From positions 442,680,001-442,744,000 of the forward strand of contig OZ024740.1 of assembly GCA_964016885.1 (NCBI GenBank): a stretch of 64,000 nt of DNA, written 5' to 3'. The notes beneath the pieces were generated by a model that searched no databases, was not told the origin of the DNA, and saw only the letters and a list, made by a program, of their open reading frames with translations. Positions 53,901-64,000 of the stretch are shown one piece after another (the stretch's first letter is position 1; the number at the start of each line of letters is the position of its first letter). The position numbers and the translations under genes were made by a program. Source of the stretch: Eledone cirrhosa (Eukaryota).

Positions 53901-56900
53901 CCCGTTATATACCGAGTGTCTTTCTGTCACCCAGGGCAAGTAAACTCCGTTAGATACCGAGAGTCTTCCTGACACCCAGGGCAAGTAAACCCCGTTATAT
54001 ACCGAGTGTCTTCCTGACACCCAGGGCAAGTAATCTCCTTTATATATCAAGTGTCTTTCTGACACCCAGGGCAAGTAAACCCCGTTATATACCGAGTGTC
54101 TTCCTGACACCCAGGGCAAGTAAACCCCGTTATATACCGAGTGTCTTCCTGACACCCAAGGCAAGTAAACCCCGTTATATACCGAGTGTCTTCCTGACAC
54201 CCAGGGCAAGTAAACCCCGTTATATATCGAGTGTCTTCCTGACACCCAGGGCAGGTAAACCCCGTTATATACCGAGTGTCTTCCTGACACCCAGGGCAAG
54301 TAATCTCCTTTATATATCAAGTGTCTTTCTGACACCCAGGGCAAGTAAACCCCGTTATATACCGAGTGTCTTCCTGACACCCAGGGCAAGTAAACCCCGT
54401 TATATATCGAGTGTCTTCCTGACACCCATAGCAAGTAAACTCCGTTATATACCAAGTGTCTTCCTGACACCCAGGGCAAGTAAACCCCGTTATATACCGA
54501 GTGTCTTCCTGACACCCAGGGCAAGTAAACCCCGTTATATACCGAGTGTCTTCCTGACACCCAAGGCAAGTAAACTCCGTTATATACCGAGTGTCTTCCT
54601 GACACCCAGGGCAAGTAATCTCCTTTATATATCAAGTGTCTTCCTGACACCCAGGGCAATTAAACCCCGTTATATACCGAGTGTCTTCCTGACACCCAAG
54701 GCAAGTAAACTCCGTTATATACCGAGTGTCTTCCTGACACCCAGGGCAAGTAAACCCCGTTATATACCGAGTGTATTCCTGACACCCAGGGCAAGTAAAC
54801 CCCGTTATATACCGAGTGTCTTTCTGACACCCAAGGCAAGTAAACTCCTATATATACCGAGTGTCTTCCTGATACCCAGGGCAAGTAAACCCCGTTATAT
54901 ACCGAGTGTCTTCCTGACACCCAGGGCAAGTAAACCCCGTTATATACCGAGTGTCTTCCTGACACCCAGGGCAAGTAATCTCCTTTATATATCGAGTGTC
55001 TTTCTGACACCCAGGGCAAGTAAACCCCGTTATATACCGAGTGTCTTCCTGACACCCAGGGCAAGTAAACCCCGTTATATACCGAGTGTCTTCCTGACAC
55101 CCAAGGCAGGTAAACTCCGTTATATACCGAGTGTCTTCCTGACACCCAGGGCAAGTAAACCCCGTTATATACCGAGTGACTTCCTGACACCCAGGGCAAG
55201 TAAACCCCGTTATATACCGAGTGTCTTCCTGACACCCAGGGCAAGTAATCTCCTTTACATATCAAGTGTCTTTCTGACACCCAGGGCAAGTAAACCCCGT
55301 TATATACCGAGTGTCTTCCTGACACCCAGGGCAAGTAAACCCCGTTATATATCGAGTGTCTTCCTGACACCCAAGGCAAGTAAACTCCGTTATATACCAA
55401 GTGTCTTCCTGACACCCAGGGCAAGTAAACCCCGTTATATACCGAGTGTCTTCCTGACACCCAGGGCAAGTAAACCCCGTTATATACCGAGTGTCTTCCT
55501 GACACCCAGGGCAATTAAACCCCGTTATATACCGAGTGTCTTCCTGACACCCAAGGCAGGTAAACTCCGTTATATACCGAGTGTCTTCCTGACACCCAGG
55601 GCAAGTAAACCCCGTTATATACCGAGTGTCTTCCTGACACCCAGGGCAAGTAAACCCCGTTATATACCGAGTGTCTTCCTGACACCCAGGGCAAGTAAAC
55701 CCCGTTATATACCGTGTGTCTTCCTGACACCCAGGGCAAGTAAACCCCGTTATATACCGAGTGTCTTCCTGACACCCAGGGCAAGTAAACCCCGTTATAT
55801 AACGAGTGTCTTCCTGACACCCAGGGCAAGTAATCCCCTTTATATATCGAGTGTCTTTCTGACACCCAGGGCAAGTAAACCCCGTTATATACCGAGTGTC
55901 TTCCTGACACCCAGGGCAAGTAAACCCCGTTATATACCGAGTGTCTTCCTGACACCCAAGGCAAGTAAACTCTGTTATATACCGAGTGTCTTCCTGACAC
56001 CCAGGGCAAGTAAACCCCGTTATATACCAAGTGTCTTCCTGACACCCAGGGCAAGTAAACCCCGTTATATACTGAGTGTCTTCCTGACACCCAGGGCAAG
56101 TAATCTCCTTTATATATCGAGTGTCTTTCTGACACCCAGGGCAAGTAAACCCCGTTATATACCGAGTGTCTTCCTGACACCCAGGGCAAGTAAACCCCGT
56201 TATATACCGAGTGTCTTCCTGACACCCAAGGCAAGTAAACTCCGTTATATACCGAGTGTCTTCCTGACACCCAGGGCAAGTAAACCCCGTTATATACCGA
56301 GTGTCTTCCTGACACCCAGGGCAAGTAAACCCCGTTATATACGGAGTGTCTTCCTGACACCCAGGGCAAGTAATCTCCTTTATATATCAAGTGTCTTTCT
56401 GACACCCAGGGCAAGTAAACCCCGTTATATACCGAGTGTCTTCCTGACACCCAGGGCAAGTAAACCCCGTTATATATCGAGTGTCTTCCTGACACCCAAG
56501 GCAAGTAAACTCCGTTATATACCAAGTGTCTTCCTGACACCCAGGGCAAGTAAACCCCGTTATATACCGAATGTCTTCCTGACACCCAGGGCAAGTAAAC
56601 CCCGTTATATACCGAGTGTCTTCCTGACACCCGAGGCAAGTAAACTCCGTTATATACCGAGTGTCTTCCTGACACCCAGGGCAAGTAATCTGCTTTATAT
56701 ATCAAGTGTCTTCCTGACACCCAGGGCAATTAAACCCCGTTATATACCGAGTGTCTTTCTGACACCCAAGGCAAGTAAACTCCGTTATATACCGAGTGTC
56801 TTCCTGACACCCAGGGCAAGTAAACCCCGTTATATACCGAGTGTCTTCCTGACACCCAGGGCAAGTAAACCCCGTTATATACCGAGTGTCTTCCTGACAC

Positions 56901-59900
56901 CCAGGGCAAGTAAACCCCGTTATATACCGAGTGTCTTCCTGACACCCAGGGCAAGTAAACCCCGTTATATACCAAGTGTCTTCCTGACACCCAGGGCAAG
57001 TAAACTCCGATATATACCGAGTGTCTTCCTGACACCCAGGGCAAGTAAACTCCGTTATATACCGAGTGTCTTCCTGACACCCAGGGCAAGTAAACCCCGT
57101 TATATACCGAGTGTCTTCCTGACACCCAGGGCAAGTAAACCCCGTTATATACCGAGTGTCTTTCTGTCACCCAGGGCAAGTAAACTCCGTTAGATACCGA
57201 GAGTCTTCCTGACACCCAGGGCAAGTAAACCCCGTTATATACCGAGTGTCTTCCTGACACCCAGGGCAAGTAATCTCCTTTATATATCAAGTGTCTTTCT
57301 GACACCCAGGGCAAGTAAACCCCGTTATATACCGAGTGTCTTCCTGACACCCAGGGCAAGTAAACCCCGTTATATACCGAGTGTCTTCCTGACACCCAAG
57401 GCAAGTAAACCCCGTTATATACCGAGTGTCTTCCTGACACCCAGGGCAAGTAAACCCCGTTATATATCGAGTGTCTTCCTGACACCCAGGGCAGGTAAAC
57501 CCCGTTATATACCGAGTGTCTTCCTGACACCCAGGGCAAGTAATCTCCTTTATATATCAAGTGTCTTTCTGACACCCAGGGCAAGTAAACCCCGTTATAT
57601 ACCGAGTGTCTTCCTGACACCCAGGGCAAGTAAACCCCGTTATATATCGAGTGTCTTCCTGACACCCAAGGCAAGTAAACTCCGTTATATACCAAGTGTC
57701 TTCCTGACACCCAGGGCAAGTAAACCCCGTTATATACCGAGTGTCTTCCTGACACCCAGGGCAAGTAAACCCCGTTATATACCGAGTGTCTTCCTGACAC
57801 CCAAGGCAAGTAAACTCCGTTATATACCGAGTGTCTTCCTGACACCCAGGGCAAGTAATCTCCTTTATATATCAAGTGTCTTCCTGACACCCAGGGCAAT
57901 TAAACCCCGTTATATACCGAGTGTCTTCCTGACACCCAAGGCAAGTAAACTCCGTTATATACCGAGTGTCTTCCTGACACCCAGGGCAAGTAAACCCCGT
58001 TATATACCGAGTGTATTCCTGACACCCAGGGCAAGTAAACCCCGTTATATACCGAGTGTCTTCCTGACACCCAGGGCAAGTAAACCCCGTTATATACCGA
58101 GTGTCTTCCTGACACCCAGGGCAAGTAAACCCCGTTATATACCGAGTGTCTTCCTGACACCCAGGGCAAGTAAACCCCGTTATATACCAAGTGTCTTCCT
58201 GACACCCAGGGCAAGTAAACTCCGATATATACCGAGTGTCTTCCTGACACCCAGGGCAAGTAAACTCCGTTATATACCGAGTGTCTTCCTGACACCCAGG
58301 GCAAGTAAACCCCGTTATATACCGAGTGTCTTCCTGACACCCAGGGCAAGTAAACCCCGTTATATACCGAGTGTCTTTCTGTCACCCAGGGCAAGTAAAC
58401 TCCGTTAGATACCGAGAGTCTTCCTGACACCCAGGGCAAGTAAACCCCGTTATATACCGAGTGTCTTCCTGACACCCAGGGCAAGTAATCTCCTTTATAT
58501 ATCAAGTGTCTTTCTGACACCCAGGGCAAGTAAACCCCGTTATATACCGAGTGTCTTCCTGACACCCAGGGCAAGTAAACCCCGTTATATACCGAGTGTC
58601 TTCCTGACACCCAAGGCAAGTAAACCCCGTTATATACCGAGTGTCTTCCTGACACCCAGGGCAAGTAAACCCCGTTATATATCGAGTGTCTTCCTGACAC
58701 CCAGGGCAGGTAAACCCCGTTATATACCGAGTGTCTTCCTGACACCCAGGGCAAGTAATCTCCTTTATATATCAAGTGTCTTTCTGACACCCAGGGCAAG
58801 TAAACCCCGTTATATACCGAGTGTCTTCCTGACACCCAGGGCAAGTAAACCCCGTTATATATCGAGTGTCTTCCTGACACCCAAGGCAAGTAAACTCCGT
58901 TATATACCAAGTGTCTTCCTGACACCCAGGGCAAGTAAACCCCGTTATATACCGAGTGTCTTCCTGACACCCAGGGCAAGTAAACCCCGTTATATACCGA
59001 GTGTCTTCCTGACACCCAAGGCAAGTAAACTCCGTTATATACCGAGTGTCTTCCTGACACCCAGGGCAAGTAATCTCCTTTATATATCAAGTGTCTTCCT
59101 GACACCCAGGGCAATTAAACCCCGTTATATACCGAGTGTCTTCCTGACACCCAAGGCAAGTAAACTCCGTTATATACCGAGTGTCTTCCTGACACCCAGG
59201 GCAAGTAAACCCCGTTATATACCGAGTGTATTCCTGACACCCAGGGCAAGTAAACCCCGTTATATACCGAGTGTCTTCCTGACACCCAGGGCAAGTAAAC
59301 CCCGTTATATACCGAGTGTCTTCCTGACACCCAGGGCAAGTAAACCCCGTTATATACCGAGTGTCTTCCTGACACCCAGGGCAAGTAAACCCCGTTATAT
59401 ACCGAGTGTCTTCCTGACACCCAGGGCAAGTAAACCCCGTTATATACCGAGTGTCTTCCTGACACCCAGGGCAAGTAAACCCCGTTATATACCGAGTGTC
59501 TTTCTGACACCCAAGGCAAGTAAACTCCTATATATACCGAGTGTCTTCCTGATACCCAGGGCAAGTAAACCCCGTTATATACCGAGTGTCTTCCTGACAC
59601 CCAGGGCAAGTAAACCCCGTTATATACCGAGTGTCTTCCTGACACCCAGGGCAAGTAATCTCCTTTATATATCGAGTGTCTTTCTGACACCCAGGGCAAG
59701 TAAACCCCGTTATATACCGAGTGTCTTCCTGACACCCAGGGCAAGTAAACCCCGTTATATACCGAGTGTCTTCCTGACACCCAAGGCAGGTAAACTCCGT
59801 TATATACCGAGTGTCTTCCTGACACCCAGGGCAAGTAAACCCCGTTATATACCGAGTGACTTCCTGACACCCAGGGCAAGTAAACCCCGTTATATACCGA

Positions 59901-62900
59901 GTGTCTTCCTGACACCCAGGGCAAGTAATCTCCTTTACATATCAAGTGTCTTTCTGACACCCAGGGCAAGTAAACCCCGTTATATACCGAGTGTCTTCCT
60001 GACACCCAGGGCAAGTAAACCCCGTTATATATCGAGTGTCTTCCTGACACCCAAGGCAAGTAAACTCCGTTATATACCAAGTGTCTTCCTGACACCCAGG
60101 GCAAGTAAACCCCGTTATATACCGAGTGTCTTCCTGACACCCAGGGCAAGTAAACCCCGTTATATACCGAGTGTCTTCCTGACACCCAGGGCAATTAAAC
60201 CCCGTTATATACCGAGTGTCTTCCTGACACCCAAGGCAGGTAAACTCCGTTATATACCGAGTGTCTTCCTGACACCCAGGGCATGTAAACCCCGTTATAT
60301 ACCGAGTGTCTTCCTGACACCCAGGGCAAGTAAACCCCGTTATATACCGAGTGTCTTCCTGACACCCAGGGCAAGTAAACCCCGTTATATACCGTGTGTC
60401 TTCCTGACACCCAGGGCAAGTAAACCCCGTTATATACCGAGTGTCTTCCTGACACCCAGGGCAAGTAAACCCCGTTATATAACGAGTGTCTTCCTGACAC
60501 CCAGGGCAAGTAAACCCCGTTATATACCGAGTGTCTTCCTGACACCCAAGGCAAGTAAACTCCGTTATATACCGAGTGTCTTCCTGACACCCAGGGCAAG
60601 TAAACCCCGTTATATACCGAGTGTCTTCCTGACAGCCAAGGCAAGTAAACTCCGTTATATACCGAGTGTCTTCCTGACACCCTGGGCAATTAAACTCCGT
60701 TATATACCGAGTGTCTTCCTGACACGCAGGGCAAGTAAACCCCGTTATATACCGAGTGTCTTCTTGACACCCAGGGCAAGTAAACCCCGTTATATACCGA
60801 GTGTCTTCCTGACACCCAGGGCAAGTAAACCCCGTTATATACCGAGTATCTTCTTGACACCCAGGGCAATTAAACCCCGTTATATATCATGTGTCTTCCT
60901 GACACCCAGGGCAAGTAAACCCCGTTATATACCGAGTGTCTTCCTGACACCCAGGGCAAGTAAACCCCGTTATATACCGAGTGTCTTCCTGACACCCAGG
61001 GCAAGTAAACCCCGTTATATACCGAGTGTCTTTCTGACACCCAAGGCAAGTAAACTCCTATATATACCGAGTGTCTTCCTGATACCCAGGGCAAGTAAAC
61101 CCCGTTATATACCGAGTGTCTTCCTGACACCCAGGGCAAGTAAACCCCGTTATATACCGAGTGTCTTCCTGACACCCAGGGCAAGTAATCTCCTTTATAT
61201 ATCGAGTGTCTTTCTGACACCCAGGGCAAGTAAACCCCGTTATATACCGAGTGTCTTCCTGACACCCAGGGCAAGTAAACCCCGTTATATACCGAGTGTC
61301 TTCCTGACACCCAAGGCAGGTAAACTCCGTTATATACCGAGTGTCTTCCTGGCACCCAGGGCAAGTAAACCCCGTTATATACCGAGTGACTTCCTGACAC
61401 CCAGGGCAAGTAAACCCCGTTATATACCGAGTGTCTTCCTGACACCCAGGGCAAGTAATCTCCTTTACATATCAAGTGTCTTTCTGACACCCAGGGCAAG
61501 TAAACCCCGTTATATACCGAGTGTCTTCCTGACACCCAGGGCAAGTAAACCCCGTTATATATCGAGTGTCTTCCTGACACCCAAGGCAAGTAAACTCCGT
61601 TATATACCAAGTGTCTTCCTGACACCCAGGGCAAGTAAACCCCGTTATATACCGAGTGTCTTCCTGACACCCAGGGCAAGTAAACCCCGTTATATACCGA
61701 GTGTCTTCCTGACACCCAGGGCAATTAAACCCCGTTATATACCGAGTGTCTTCCTGACACCCAAGGCAGGTAAACTCCGTTATATACCGAGTGTCTTCCT
61801 GACACCCAGGGCAAGTAAACCCCGTTATATACCGAGTGTCTTCCTGACACCCAGGGCAAGTAAACCCCGTTATATACCGAGTGTCTTCCTGACACCCAGG
61901 GCAAGTAAACCCCGTTATATACCGTGTGTCTTCCTGACACCCAGGGCAAGTAAACCCCGTTATATACCGAGTGTCTTCCTGACACCCAGGGCAAGTAAAC
62001 CCCGTTATATAACGAGTGTCTTCCTGACACCCAGGGCAAGTAAACCCCGTTATATACCGAGTGTCTTCCTGACAGCCAAGGCAAGTAAACTCCGTTATAT
62101 ACCGAGTGTCTTCCTGACACCCAGGGCAAGTAAACCCCGTTATTTACCGAGTGTCTTCCTGACACCCAGGGCAAGTAAACCCCGTTATATACCAAGTGTC
62201 TTCCTGACACCCAGGGCAAGTAAACTCCGTTATATACCGAGTGTCTTCCTGACACCCAGGGCAAGTAAACTCCGATATATACCGAGGGTCTTCCTGACAC
62301 CCAGGGCAAGTAAACTCCGTTATATACCGAGTGTCTTCCTGACAACCAGGGCAAGTAAACCCCGTTATATACCGAGTGTCTTCCTGACACCCAGGGCAAG
62401 TAAACCCGGTATATACCGAGTGTCTTCCTGACACCCAGGGCAAGTAAACCCCGTTATATACCGAGTGTCTTCCTGACACCCAGGGCAAGTAAACCCCGTT
62501 ATATACCAAGTGTCTTCCTGACACCCAGGGCAAGTAAACTCCGATATATACCGAGTGTCTTCCTGACACCCAGGGCAAGTAAACTCCGTTATATACCGAG
62601 TGTCTTCCTGACACCCAGGGCAAGTAAACCCCGTTTTATAGCGAGTGTCTTCCTGACACCCAGGGCAAGTAAACCCGGTATATACCGAGTGTCTTCCTGA
62701 CACCCAGGGCAAGTAAACCCCGTTATATACCGAGTGTCTTCCTGACACCCAGGGCAAGTAAACCCCGTTATATACCGAGTGTCTTCCTGACACCCAGGGC
62801 AAGTAATCTCCTTTATATATCAAGTGTCTTTCTGACACCCAGGGCAAGTAAACCTCGTCATATACCGAGTGTCTTCCTGACACCCAGGGCAAGAAAACCC

Positions 62901-64000
62901 CGTTATATATCGAGTGTCTTCCTGACACCCAGGGCAAGTAAACCCCGTTATATACCGAGTGTCTTCCTGGCACCCAAGGCAAGTAAACTCCGTTATATAC
63001 CAAGTGTCTTCCTGACACCCAGGGCAAGTAAACCCCGTTATATACCGAGTGTCTTCCTGACACCCAGGGCAAGTAAACCCCGTTATATACCGAGTGTCTT
63101 CCTGACACCCAGGGCAAGTAAACCCCGTTATATACCGAGTGTCTTCCTGACACCCAGGGCAAGTAAACCCCGTTATATACCGAGTGTCTTCCTGACACCC
63201 AGGGCAAGTAAACCCCGTTATATACCGAGTGTCTTTCTGACACCCAAGGCAAGTAAACTCCGATATATACCGAGTGTCTTCCTGACACCCAGGGCAAGTA
63301 AACCCCGTTATATACCGAGTGTCTTCCTGACACCCAGGGCAAGTAAACCCCGTTATATACCGAGTGTCTTCCTGACACCCAGGGCAAGTAATCTCCTTTA
63401 TATATCGAGTGTCTTTCTGACACCCAGGGCAAGTAAACCCCGTTATATACCGAGTGTCTTCCTGACACCCAGGGCAAGTAAACCCCGTTATATACCGAGT
63501 GTCTTCCTGACACCCAGGGCAAGTAAACCCCGTTATATACCGAGTGTCTTCCTGACACCCAAGGCAAGTAAACTCCGTTATATACCGAGTGTCTTCCTGA
63601 CACCCAGGGCAAGTAAACCCCGATATATACCGAGTGTCTTCCTGACACCCAGGGCAAGTAAACCCCGTTATATACCGAGTGTATTCCTGACACCCAGGGC
63701 AAGTAATCTCCTTTATATATCAAGTGTCTTTCTGACACCCAGGGCAAGTAAACCCCGTTATATACCGAGTGTCTTCCTGACACCCAAGGCAAGTAAACTC
63801 CGTTATATACCAAGTGTCTTCCTGACACCCAGGGCAAGTAAACCCCGTTATATACCGAGTGTCTTCCTGACACCCAGGGCAAGTAAACCCCGTTATATAC
63901 CGAGTGTCTTCCTGACGCCCAGGGCAAGTAAACTCCGTTATATACCGAGTGTCTTCCTAACAGCGAGGGCAAGTAAACCCCGTTATATACCGAGTGTCTT
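29962..64000. repeat. 45-bp tandem satellite, consensus GTTATATACCGAGTGTCTTCCTGACACCCAGGGCAAGTAAACCCC, ~755 copies, with higher-order structure
   Basis: Seen directly: head-to-tail 45-nt period (15-aa period in the ORF track), continuing to the window end. Confidence 0.98.

Noticed and set aside
29823-63972. ORFs up to 1394 aa (PRYIPSVFLTPRASK, GVYLPWVSGRHSVYN and CxxC-containing GFTCPGCQEDTRYIT repeats)
   Set aside because: They are translations of the 45-nt satellite, with overlapping open frames on both strands, recurrent stops and indels, and mostly non-ATG starts.

Overview
Eukaryotic, almost entirely non-coding window. Two large unrelated satellite arrays flank a ~4.6-kb island. The left array is a 36-bp satellite (1-25320, ~700 copies, open at the left edge) and the right array is a 45-bp satellite (29962-64000, ~755 copies, open at the right edge). 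The island holds a 44-bp minisatellite (~34 copies), four pieces of one tRNA-type SINE family, trinucleotide microsatellites and two decayed non-LTR retrotransposon fragments abutting tail-to-tail: a CRE-like C-terminal endonuclease region (+) and an R4/Dong-like RT C-terminus (-). The SINE resembles, from recollection and not from a search, the abundant Octopus SINE, which suggests a cephalopod genome. All long ORFs in the track are translations of repeat units whose length is a multiple of 3. I find no supportable host gene and no convincing new protein-based system. The points of interest are structural: nested higher-order repeats traceable by indel markers, dyad symmetry in all three repeat units, a fold-back element built from SINE tails, and a possible SINE origin of the 36-bp monomer.
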